Positions 12,311 to 23,894 of a stretch of DNA of 64,000 nt are shown here, piece by piece (the first letter of the stretch is position 1; each line of letters opens with the position of its first letter). The translations under genes and the position numbers were made by a program. This DNA is from Mobula hypostoma (lineage: Eukaryota). The stretch spans positions 122,018,001-122,082,000 of the forward strand of contig NC_086097.1 in the NCBI RefSeq assembly GCF_963921235.1. The letters run 5' to 3'. Below the pieces are notes generated by a model. It was not told the origin of the DNA and did not search any database. It was given only the letters and a program-made list of their open reading frames with translations.

Positions 12311-13084
12311 ATTCATTAATGAATTCATTATTTGACAATTAGAATAAACTTGGTTTGATCTAGTCTTTCACTTTAAAATTGTCACTTGCTGTGAACATAC
12401 ATATTTTTGGGTCAATTAGAAATGTCATTCTTTGATCTTTTAAACTCAGTCATTTATTGCTGTAGAAAATTTCAGTCTAATAGTTGTTCAGTGACTCTAA
12501 GGGAGCTTGGATCAGTTTTGTGTGTGGCTTCTCTGGCTGATGCAGACTACTGTGAGCAAGACCGAAAGCATCAATTAATGAAGAAGAAACCAGGGGTTAA
12601 AAACCTTTGAGGACTCAACTGAATGGGTATATGATCAGATGGGGTGAGGTGTAGTTATGGTGAGAGGGTGGATGGGTATGGCAACCCAAGGCCAACGATA
12701 GAGTAAGTTGGTGGAAGAGTCCACTCAGAAGAAAATGAATGCCTTCATCTTGCAGGTCTCAACTCCTCAGTTATGTGTGTTTCAGTGTACAATTAGCAAA
12801 CCTCATCCACTTGGAATAATTATGCACACAACTTTTTTTTTAAGTGTGATGCATGCCTTGCAACACAGTCATGCAACAAAGACACGGAGGCTGTAAGATA
12901 AAACTGGAAGCAAACTGCAGTTATGTTTCATACATGCTCATATTTAGCAATGAGATTTTTGATAAAATTCTGTCACATACAAACAAAATGTTGCATACAA
13001 ATGATAGGGCTTCTTGATCGTCAATCTTAATGATCAGTTTCAAATATAAATGCTTCCAGTGGAAAAAAAACAATAGAGCAGGGT

Positions 13085-13330
13085 TTCATAGCATAGCGGT
13101 TAACACAACGCTTTACAGTACCAATGACTTGGGTTCAATTCCTGCTGCTGCTTGTAAGGAGTTTTACATTCTCTCTGTGTGGGTTTTCTCCGGGTGCTCC
13201 GGTTTCCTCCCACAGTCCAAAGACGTACCGGTTGGTCGGTTAATTAGTCATTGTAAATTGTCCAGTGACTTGGCTTGGATTAAATCAGGGGATTGCTGGG
13301 CAGAATAGCTTGAACGGCCGGTGGTAATGG
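13085..13330 (+). mobile_element. tRNA-derived V-SINE
   Basis: A-box-like gcatagcggtt, B-box ggttcaattcc, and V-domain gtgggttttctccgggtgctccggtttcctcccaca. Confidence 0.8.
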
Positions 13331-13389
13331 GTTGGGGAGTGGCACTGAAGCCATTACTATCAACGGCGGGAATCTCTGTCAGTGGAGTG

Positions 13390-13778
13390 AAGGAAGATGA
13401 GAGATGACTTGATAGAGGTGTATAAGATGATAAAGGGCATAGATCAAGTGGATAGCTAGAGATTTCTTCCAGGGCAGAAATGGCTAAAATGAGGGGCCTA
13501 ACTTTAAGGTGATTGGAGGAAAATATAGGGGGGATGTCAAAGGCAGCTTTTTTTATACACAGAGTGGTAAGTGGATGCAATGAGCTGCAGGATTGGTGAA
13601 GGAGACAAGTACATTAGAGCCATTTAAGAGGCTCTTAGACAGGCACATGCATGATAGGACAACAGAAGGCTATGTGGAGGGGAATGGTTAGACTGATCTT
13701 CGAGTAGGTTAAAAAAATCAGCACAATATCATGGGCCAAAGGGCCAGTACTGCGCTGGAATGTTCTATGTTCTATGAA
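13390..13778 (+). mobile_element. CR1 LINE 3' fragment
   Basis: Degenerate LIEVYKMI...FFTQRVV region and (TTCTATG)n tail. Similar remnants at 1-300, 18500-18980, 23040-23390, 27590-28460 and 53620-54170. Confidence 0.8.
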
Positions 13779-14258
13779 ATTGGTGAAAGTAGCAAAGTGC
13801 CTTCATACACAACAAGTGTCAGTAATGCAAACCAGTCCAGCATTGTTAAGGAGCAAGAAAAAGGCCTTTAAATTGTAAAGTACACCGAAAAAGACCTTCT
13901 CCTTCTATGATAGGCAAACATCCATTTTCACTACATTAGCAGAAGTAGGTATTCCACCTGCAAACTGTATATTAGACCAACCCAGGATATCTCTTCTCTG
14001 CAAAGTCTGTTATATCAATGGAGCAGCTTATAACCAAAATTTTGCAGAGGAGTTTGTTTTTATCATGATATATGTATTAGACAAATAAATTCATTCATGA
14101 AGCAATAAATAACCTATAAAATTATGGCTCTTAGGTTCAGAGGCTTGATACTTATGTTCCAAGTGAACAAGTTTATAATGCTAAAGTGATAAATTAGTTG
14201 TAAGATCACTTTTGATAAAATAGCACTTGTAGTTCTTAGTAAGAGGCAGTTGTGGACG

Positions 14259-14670
14259 TTATAGAAAACGAGAAAGTCTGCAGATGCTGGAAATCCAAAT
14301 CAACACACACAAATTAATAGATAATCGAAGTTTTAGGCCAAGGCCCTCCATCAGGACTGAGAAGGAAGGGGGAAGATGCGAGAATAAAAAGGAAGGGGTG
14401 GGTGAGGGGAAGGAGGATAGATGGAAGGTAATACGTGAAGCCAGGTGAGTGGGAAAGGAAAGGGGGAAGAAGAAGGAATCTGATAGGAGAGGAGAGTGGA
14501 CCACAGGAGAATAGGAAGGAAGAGGGGACCCAGGAGGAAGTAATAGCCGGGGAAAAGAGGTAAAAGGTCAAACTAAGGAATAGAGGAAGGAAGGGTTGGT
14601 GGGGACAGTGGTGATTTTGTTTTTACCGGAAGGAGAAACCAATATGGGATATGAGGTGTTGCTCCTCTCC
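14259..14670 (-). mobile_element. Penelope-like element terminal fragment with decayed hammerhead
   Basis: Paralogous to 11725-12310; minus-strand ctgatggagggccttggcctaaaacttcg near 14326-14356. Confidence 0.65.
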
Positions 14671-15012
14671 CCTGATATGACTAACATTGCTGATGTTACT
14701 GTATTGAAGGCAAGTGAACTAAATCCTGTTCAAGCTATTTTCTCATCACTGGCAAATCTGCTGTCACCACTCCTCTCCTCAACTTCATAAATTCTGACTT
14801 CTTCAACTTCATAAATTCTGAATAACTCTCTATCTATAACCCTCTTCCCACTCCAAACCCTAGTTCCATTAGTTCTGAAGAAAAACATTCTATCTTACAG
14901 CTGACTAGACTTGATCTGCTGGCCTCTAGCCCCTCAGGTAGTAAGTTGTGATCATGCAGTGATGGTGCAGGAGCATAACGTCACCTCTTGCTCGAATCTT
15001 ACTTGTTGTTAA

Positions 15013-18000
15013 TGTAATGCCCTGGTTCACATCTTTACTGTTATGCTGTAGGTATTTCATTGAGCAACTCTGTAAGGGCAGCTGTTCTGCTTTTCAGCCT
15101 GTTTGGTTTATTGATGAAGATACGGGATGATGTGGAATGTGTGCTATCTAATTAGCAGGAAGCTTTCTTAGTGAAGGACACTAAGGTTGGGTTTGGGGCT
15201 TTTGTCTGAGAGGAGATGAAGAGAGAAGACGCTGGGGAGAACTGGTCGTAGTATATGATCCGGTTGGAGACCTGTTGTTCGAGATGGATTGCGAGTGACG
15301 TTCGGAAGGTGGTGTGTGCTTTCACGTTGACAGAGGATCCAGCGCGTGAGTGACAGAGAAGTTCAAGATGAGCTCCAACTTGTGCACATTTGACTGTTTA
15401 ATTAGAATGGGCCCTTTTCTTTTTGTTATTCTTTACTAACTCTTCAGTTAAGATTCATAAATATACAGTAATTCCTTTAATCGTATGCAGTGCACTATCT
15501 GTTACTTCGTGGCATTAGTTTGTAACAGGGTAGCAAATGACACAGCATCCACACAAACCGGGGTTTGGGCTGGGATCAAGCACGCCCCAATCTCACCAGT
15601 TTGGCGGGGCTGGAGGTGGCTTCCCTAGACTTGCGCAGCCAAAGAAACCAGGGCGGTTTCATTGTGGGGGCTTGTCTGGGATCGATCTCATTGAATGCTA
15701 TATGGTTGTGTGTTTAAGTCTGTTTTAAACTATTGGTCAGTAAAGTGATCACGATACGTGGTTATTGATGCTGCAGGGGTGGAGCGAAGGCTTGATAAAA
15801 TGGTGGGCAAAGACTTTGTTCTAGTTCAGACTAGCACTGACGTAACGGCAGTAGAACTGCCTGGTACGATTGGTGCCCAGGAGAGGGGGGCCATCAGTTG
15901 TCCGTACTCCCTGGGAGAGGGGGGCCGTCAGCTGTCCGTACTCCCCGGGAGTAGGGGAGTGACGGTGAGCATGCCGAATCAGAAGCCGAGTTTCCCATAG
16001 CTGGGATGAAGACTTTAATGACACATTGTTCTTGTCTCTGCTGAGCGAGGAGAAGGAGTGGTCTGATGTAGGTCTAATGAATCCTCCAGTGAGGGCTGAG
16101 CATTCTGAGTTGGTGGCAATAGAGTAAGGAACGTCCTAAAGCAAAATACCCTATTCCTGAAGGCTTACTGGGGCCAAGCTTAGTGCATTGCTACGGATTG
16201 TGGGTATTTATGCTAGAGACATACTTGATACTGGCTCTCGGATTACTCTGCTGTACCGCTCATATTACAACCGGTACTTGATGCATTTTTCATTTGCGCT
16301 AGAGATGACTATCCGTACAATAGTTACTTGTCATTGAAGTTAGAAATTTTGGAGGCAGATGTGGGAGTAGCCAAGGTCCTTGATACATTAGTGCCGGAGA
16401 AAGCTGAAGAAAGCTTTCTGAAAACATTGTCCATTCACCCTGTGTTCCGAGCTGCCTTTGAGGAAGCGTGTGGCCGCACTGGGCTGGACTTGAGAAGTAT
16501 GTATTACTAGATACCCACGAGTGAGGGTGATAAAGGGAGAACCGATCTGAAGTATGTGTCTGATATGAGAAGGGAGCTGAAAAAGGCTTATGAATTAGCA
16601 GAGGTCTCAACTACCAAGCAGAATCAAGGACATAAGAAGAGGTATGATCAAAAGGTTAGGTTCTCCCAACTCATGTTGGGAGACCGTGTCCTCAGCAAGA
16701 GTTTGGGTCTACCTGGGAAGCATAAGCTGACTAACTGCTGGGTGGCCAAAGTCAAATGCTAAATGTATCAGTTTTCCGGATGAAACCAGAGGACGGGAAT
16801 GGTCCTGTCGAGATTCTCCATCGGAACCAGCTTCTACCTCTGGGACGAGGTGTGTGTTAACCCAGAATCTGACCTGGACCCTACACTTAGTAAGAGGACT
16901 CTGCAGCAATGTGGTGAGACTGAAGAACCAGCAGCAAGAAGGATTAAACTGGTGGCTGCCCCTGAATGAGATACAGACCCGGAGGATGAGGAAATGGGGG
17001 TGTGGTGTATGCTACCTTTTGCCAACTCCACAATAATTGAGGAAGAGATTCCCAACATTTCTCATGCTGAGGCAGGTGAAATGGGGAAGGGGGTTGGGGG
17101 CGGGGACTAGCAGTGCTTAAGCAGGCTTACAGCTGGACCATGAAGTGGGGCTGGGCTCTAAAGTAACTGGGGATGAAACTGAGCTCAGACAAGTGACTGA
17201 AGATGTAGATGATGGGATAAAGAGGTCTCAAAGAGTCAGGAGATCCCCAGATAGGCTGGCCTATGTAGCACCAGTGGAACAGAGGGTTGCGACTATCACC
17301 TAGTCAGATATGTCACTACCATTTAAAAATGAATTGGAGGTTCTGACATCATGAAATTCCTTTGAAAATGTAGTTATTAATGACAGGATGACAAATTATT
17401 TCAAAACCATGAGGACATGACTATTTATGGTGTGGGGAGAGTGTAATGGCCTAGTTCACATCTTTACTGTTATGCTGTAGGTATTTCATTTGGCAGCTCT
17501 GTAAGAGCAGTCTGTTCTGCTGTCAGTCTGTTTAGGTTATTGTTGAAGATAAGCGATGATGAGAAATATGTGCCATCCAATTAGCGGGAGGCTTTCCTGG
17601 TGAATGACAATAAGGTTGGGCTTGGGGCTTTTGTCCGATAGGAGGTGAAGAGAAACGATGCTGGGGGAACCGGTCGTAGCATACAATCCAGTGGGAGACC
17701 TGTTTGCTTGAGATGGATTGCAAGCGACGTTTGGAAGGTGGTGTGTGCTTTCATGTTGACTGAGGATCCAGTGTGTGAGTGACAGAGAAGTTCAAGATGA
17801 GTTCCAATTTGTGCATGTTTGACTGTTTAATTAGAATGGGACCTTTTCTTTTTGTTATTCTTTACTAACCCTTCAGTTAAGATTCATAAATATAATTCCT
17901 TTAATCATATGTAGTGCACTCTGTTATTTCGTGGCATTAGTTTGTAACAGGATAGCAAATGATACAGCATCCACACAAACCGAGGTTTGGGTTGGGATCA

Positions 18001-18084
18001 AGCACGCCCCAATCTCACGAGTTTGTCAGGGCCGGAGGTTGTCTTCCCTAGACTTACGCAGCCAAGGAAACCAGGGTGGTTTCG
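15013..18084 (+). mobile_element. Internally deleted Gypsy LTR retrotransposon (PNMA-like gag lineage) with both LTRs
   Basis: LTRs 15013-15661 and 17442-18084 (TG...CA and TG...CG); PBS-Pro-like TGGGGGCTTGTCTGGGAT 15665-15682; PPT ggtgtggggagag 17429-17441; protease remnant ILDTGSRITLLY; integrase C-terminal remnant KKRYDQKVRFSQLMLGDRVL; flanks TTAA/CTAA. Confidence 0.9.
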
Positions 18085-19044
18085 CTAAGTTTGCAGGAGT
18101 TGGAATCTAATTGGATGACATGAGTCGGGGGAGGAATGGGAGGGAAGTTACAGAGTCAAACAGAGACGGCTGGTACATTGGAGCAATTAAAAATGATGAG
18201 AAGAAAAAGATGAAGGAGCTGAGGGGACAGAGCTGGCAGTCTTCATCTGAAAATCCATGAGCACATTATATCTGATATCCACAAATAATTCTCATCCTTA
18301 TCATCCATCTTGTGGACATAGTTGCACTATCTGCTGAACATTACAAATATGAAAATTTTTGCCAATTTATCACACTCACAGAAACTATTCTAATGAGTAA
18401 TAAATTCAATACCAATTGGGACCTACTTTTTTACCAGATAGTATTGAGTTTTCTGTTTATCCTAATGCAAAATACTCCTTCAGGCAAAAGGATGCAGTAT
18501 ATTAAAGGTTATAATAGAGTCATACAGCAGACTTGCCCACACTCTCCCCAATTTTCCTAGATTTAACCTAAACCCCCTGTTCCTTTACTATCTACATAGC
18601 TACAGTATGTACCTTTCAAAGTGTTTTCTAGATGTTCTGATTGTAACTGGATCCAATACCTCCACCAGCAGCTTGTTCTGCATATATCCACCATCCCCTG
18701 TGTGAAAAAGATTGACCTGAGACCTCCTTTAAATACTTCTCTTCTCAACTTAAACCCAGTTTTAAACTCCCCTATTCTTGAAAAATGACTGTGATAACAT
18801 CATCTGTCTATATCCCCCATAATTTTACAAGCCTTATTGAAGTCATCCCTCAGCCTCCTATGCATCAGTAAGAACAACCGCAGCCAGCCCAATCTCCCCT
18901 TTTACCTGAAGCCCTCCATTGCAGGCTGCATTTTGATAAAGCTCTTCTATACTCTTTCCAGCACTACCACATATTGAACTAGAAAACCTGTGGTTATGAA
19001 GTTACATCCTAACTTCAATAAATATGTAGATACTTGACATGCTT

Positions 19045-20810
19045 AAGGTTGTGACAGTCGGTAGTATTGTGAAAACAAGCCCTCACTACCTATTAAAGGC
19101 TGCCAATGGCGTGCAATTCAAATAGCCTCTGACAACTAAGTCCAACTCCTGGCCTTCATGCGTGGCTTAGCTACTAAGCCAGGCCGCACCATTTCTACTG
19201 ACAGGAGAAGCGGCAAAAGCGGGTTACTGGTACCTTAAAACCATACACTTTGGGCGGATGGAGCTCATCAGCTGCGTTTGGAGAAGGAAAACTCTGATCT
19301 CAAACCTCCGCTGCCTTGCAGCTATACCCACTCATGGGGAAGACTCAAGAGTAAACCCTGCGGAAAAATCCGGAGCTGGAGTCTGTAAGGCAGTCCTACA
19401 TTGAGTTCAATGCGAACTGGCACCTCCTGTGAAGCTGCTGGTGCCAAAATGTATCGGCTTCTGCCATTCCTTTAGATTTATCAGAGGGGGAGCTTGCTAC
19501 CTGGACAACAGCTCGCTCTCTGTGTTGTACTGCCCTGGCTTGCGCATCATTTAGACCAGTGGGCCGCGGACCGGTACCGGGCCGCAAAGCATGTGCTACC
19601 GGGCCACGAGGAAAAGCTATGATTTGGTGATATGAGTCAGCTGCACCTTTTCTCATTCCCTGTCGCGCTCTGTTGAGCCATTACGCATTCAAGGTCATGA
19701 CCCGCGGGTCATCCATGTCAGCGCGGGAAGGAGATCAACTCCTTAAGCTTGCAAATGACGGCGGGCTGAAAAGTATGTTTGACATAACATCTCTGCCGGC
19801 ATTCTGGATCAAAGTCAAGGCTGAATACCCTGAGGTAGCCACGAAAGCACTGAAAATGTTGCTTCCATTTCCGACATCATATCGCTGCGAAGCAGAGTTT
19901 TCTGCAATGGATGCAACGAAAACTAAATTGCGGAACAGACTGGACACAAGGAACCCCCTTCGAGTATCGCTGTCTCCCATCACCCCTCGATAGGATCGTC
20001 TTGTTGCAGGAAAACAAGCCCAGGGCTCCCACTGATTCAGCGATATTGGAGTGTTGCAATGATTTTATATGTTCATATGGGAAAAATATGTGCTGTGTGT
20101 TTAATATTCAAATGTTACTTAAAATGTTATGATGCTATTGACTTATATAACCATATAACAATTACAGCACGGAAACAGGCCATCTCTGCCCTTCTAGTCC
20201 GTGCCAAACACTACTCTTACCTAGTCCCACCGACCTGCACTCAGCCCACAACCCTCCGTTCCTTTCCTGTCCATATACCTATCCAATCTTTCTTTAAATG
20301 ATAATATCGAACCTGCTTCTGCCACTTCCACTGGAAGTTCATTCAACATTTACTTCAAGCTCCCTGTCCTCTCCTGATAATTGACTTATCACTATATTCA
20401 TGCAAGGAAAATATGCGCTGTGTTTAATATTAAATTCATTAGATAAACCCTTTTAGAAACGAAATTGAGTGGATTAGCCACTTATCATCGATATTCCGGT
20501 CATGATTAACACCCCACCCCACCGAACAGAATCGCCAAAAACAATTTGCAGAAAAAAAATTGGCAGGTAAACGCATGCGCAATGGTGCCCGTGCAAGGCT
20601 ACATGGTCATTGTAGTCTTTCTCGGGGTAAATACAACGTACTTGACTGCTACTCTTGGCCGTTGGCAATCCTACTACCTCCACCCCCCACCCGGTTAGCT
20701 GGTCCGCAAGAATATTGTCAATATCAAACCGGTCCACAGTGCAAAAAAGGTTGGGGACCCCTGATTTAGACAACTGAGGCTGTTAGTTGACTCTGACCAT
20801 CGGAAGGCCT
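19045..20810 (+). repeat. Non-coding dispersed repeat (possibly a LINE 5'-leader derivative), split by a hAT insertion; uninterrupted copy at about 29762-30310
   Basis: 19045-19548 aligns by eye with 29762-30260 (ctcactacctattaaa..., cctggccttca, gcttagctactaagcc, ggagaagg.aaact, gagctggagtc). Confidence 0.7.
19557..20763 (+). mobile_element. hAT/Charlie-type deletion derivative carrying the transposase dimerisation domain
   Basis: Perfect 8-bp TSD ATTTAGAC (19549-56 and 20764-71); right end aaaggttggggacccctg; peptide FWIKVKAEYPEVATKALKMLLPFPTSYRCEAEFSAM...KTKLRNRL (19673-19993). Confidence 0.92.
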
Positions 20811-23469
20811 CTCTTAAAATGGTGTACTAAAATACTGGGTGTCCTTAAAATGGAGCAACTAGTAGAGGAAGTGAAAGGCTGTTGATTTCATAGGGCCATG
20901 GAGTGGTACAGAACAGAAAGTACTGGAGCCCATGAAGTTCATGTTAACTGTCAAAAGAACCAATTATAACCATCAACAAAGAAAATATGTTGTTCCATTT
21001 ATTCTGTTCCAAAAGTTCAATTTTCAAAGTCAAAGTATCTACAAAGTAAATTTATTACCAAAATACATATGTGTTACCTTGAGGTTCAATTTTTGACAGG
21101 CATTTACAAGAAAAGAAAGAAATACATAGAATTTCTGAAAGACTATACACAAAGACTGACAAACACCCAATGTACTAAAGAAGACAAATTGTACAAATAC
21201 AAATAATACTGATAGCATAAGCTGTAGAGTCCTTGAAAGTGAGTCTCTCGGTTGTGGAATCAGTTCTCTGTTGAGTTTATTCAGTAGCTTGATGGTTGAA
21301 GGGTAATAACTGTTCCTGAACCTGGTTGTGTGGGACTTAAAGCTCCTGTACCTCTTCCCCAATGGCAGTAGTGAGAAGAGGGCATGGCCTGGATATATAT
21401 AGATGCTGCTTTCTTGTGGCAGCACTCCTTGAAGGTATCCTCAATTGTGAGGAGGGTTTGGTCTGTGATGGACTGGGGTGTATCTATCTCTTTCTGTTTT
21501 TGGCCATTGATGTTTCCATACCGGACCATGATACAACCAGTCAGGATACTCTCCACTGTGCATCTAAAAAGTTTATACACTTCAATGAAATTTCAACTCA
21601 CGTTTTTTTTTATTCTTAAAAAAATATAATGCTGGTCAAACTCTTCCCATAACTACAGCTTCCACACCTGCAGTGACCTTGTAAATCTGCCTTGTACCTT
21701 CCCTGGTGCTATCACAGACTTATCTTCACTTCAATCCTTCATGATGCAATTGATTCTTTTTGGCCTCAGATAACGAAAGACATGATCAATAATTCTATGG
21801 TCTTTCCAATGCTGAATGAAAATAAAAGACAGTGCATATGCCAGAAATTGAAAACAAAACAGAAATGCTGGAAACACCTTGCAGATCAGCCAGCAACTTC
21901 GGAAAGAGAATTAAAGGCTTAATCTGATGCATGAATTTTGTTTTTCAATCAATTGGCCTGATGAGTGTTTCCAGTATTTTCTTGCTTCCTAATGCTACAC
22001 TCCATGAAAGAAATGTCAGTCTGGTGACACTGAAAGATGGCTGACTCTCAAAGCTGAGAAGCAATTGATTATTTTTTTGTCACACATGCTGAGAGACAGT
22101 GAAACACTTTTGCTTCCAAAGCCACATTGTCTCCGATTAAATGGACTCAGAAAGCTGGCGTTAATTCCTCAATTATACTTCACTTGTGCAGAAGGGGAAC
22201 AGCATGGATCCTGTCACCACTCTGTTCTGAATTTTGAACAGAGAAGTACAATTTTTATACAGGGTTGACAAGTAGTTATGGATTTTGACCATTTGGTAAA
22301 CTGTGTAGGTTTGGTAACTGTGCTGTTCCTTACTTGAAAGTTTAATAGCCATTCACAATACAGGTGTTAAAAGGTAGTAGAAATGAAGCTAACAACCAAT
22401 CATACCTTGAAGTTAGTAAAGTCATTGTCCCTTAGTTGGCCTGTGTGCTTCGCATCGTTCCATAACATTATCTCGTCTCCGTAAACAAAATGGATCTGAC
22501 AACCTGCTGTTCAAAAGCAAGTTATACTATTCAAAGACCTTTCTTGCCTAGGCTTTCTGTGCTCTATCTGCAGTCTATCCTTGCCTGGACATTGTTAACC
22601 CTTGCCTTACTGCAACTTTCACAGCCAACCAGACAGATCATTTTGTACATAAGTGCATTGAAGTTCTACAGAAGGGGTGGGGGCAGACAAAATACTGAAT
22701 ATATACTATAGTTACAATTACAGATGAATTGCAGTGAAGGTAGTCAAATAAAATTGAAGTAAACCAAATGTCCATCATTGGTCAGTTTTTGCCATTACTT
22801 AATGGCCACCTTGAGAATTAGTAACCCACTAAATTCTGGTCTTCAGAATGTGGCCAAACTCGGGAAGAATTGGAAAAGTAGTGATGGGGACAATATGCCT
22901 GTATGTCTGTTTCAAGTTCCTTTTATTCCACTAAAATTTGTAACAAGTTTGTTTTAGTCAATACATACATGGCATAGATATCTCAGAAGAAATTGCAACT
23001 CCAAATCACAAAGGATCGAGGAATTTGATGAAAATAGGCCAGCATAGATGGAGTGGAGAGCCAGTGAATTTTTCCTAGGGTATAAATGACTAATACAAAG
23101 GGCAGAATTTAAGGTGATTAGATAAAACTATCGGGTGGGGGGGGGGGGTCACATGTCACTTTTTTACACAGAGAGTGGCAGGTATGTGGAACACCCTGCC
23201 AGAGGTGGTAGTAGGGCAATGATACATTAGGGCATTTAAGAAACTTTTTGATAGGCACATGGCTGGTAGAAAAATGGAGAGCTATATAGGAAGGAAGGGT
23301 TAGATGATCTTAGAGTAGGTTATAAGGTTGGCACTACATTGTGAGCAGAAGAGCCTTTACTGTGCTGTAATGTTCTATGTTCTATGAACTATGTAGCTCT
23401 CTCTATTGTTAATGGACAGAAAACAAAGCAACATCAATATCCATTTGGCAGGCGAACTACTGGATACAC

Positions 23470-23890
23470 CTGAAGTTGATAACCATTTCCTTTGTCCAGT
23501 TAACATTAAGGAAATGGTTATTTGCTTGGCACAGGCCTCGAGCTCTTCCACCTCTGCTCTGTAGGCCATCTCATCATTATTGGTGATGAGCCCCACCACT
23601 GTCGTGTCATCGGTGAATTTGACAATGTGATCACTTGGGTGCTTAACCACGCAGTCGTGTGTGAGCAGAGTGTATAGCAGTGGACTCAGCATACAGTGGA
23701 GGGGGGCACACCCATGTACCCATGTTGAAGATGTTGGGGAGGGAGGAGCAGTTGTGATTCCTGAGGTCTGTTGGTTAGGAAGTCTAACACCCAGTTGCAC
23801 AGTGGTGTATTTAGACTAAAGTAGGAGTTTGTTCACCAAGGTCTGTGGGACAATAGTGTTCAATGCCGAACTGAAATCCAGGAACACCAT
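23470..23890 (-). mobile_element. Rex1/Babar-type RT fragment
   Basis: LSPLLYTLLTHDC...KFTDDTTVVGLITNNDEMAYRAEV. Confidence 0.8.
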
Positions 23891-23894
23891 ATTA

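Noticed and set aside
19673..19993. Exon of a ZBED/SCAND3-like host gene
   Set aside because: Inside a TSD-flanked hAT element, with a premature stop before the native end.
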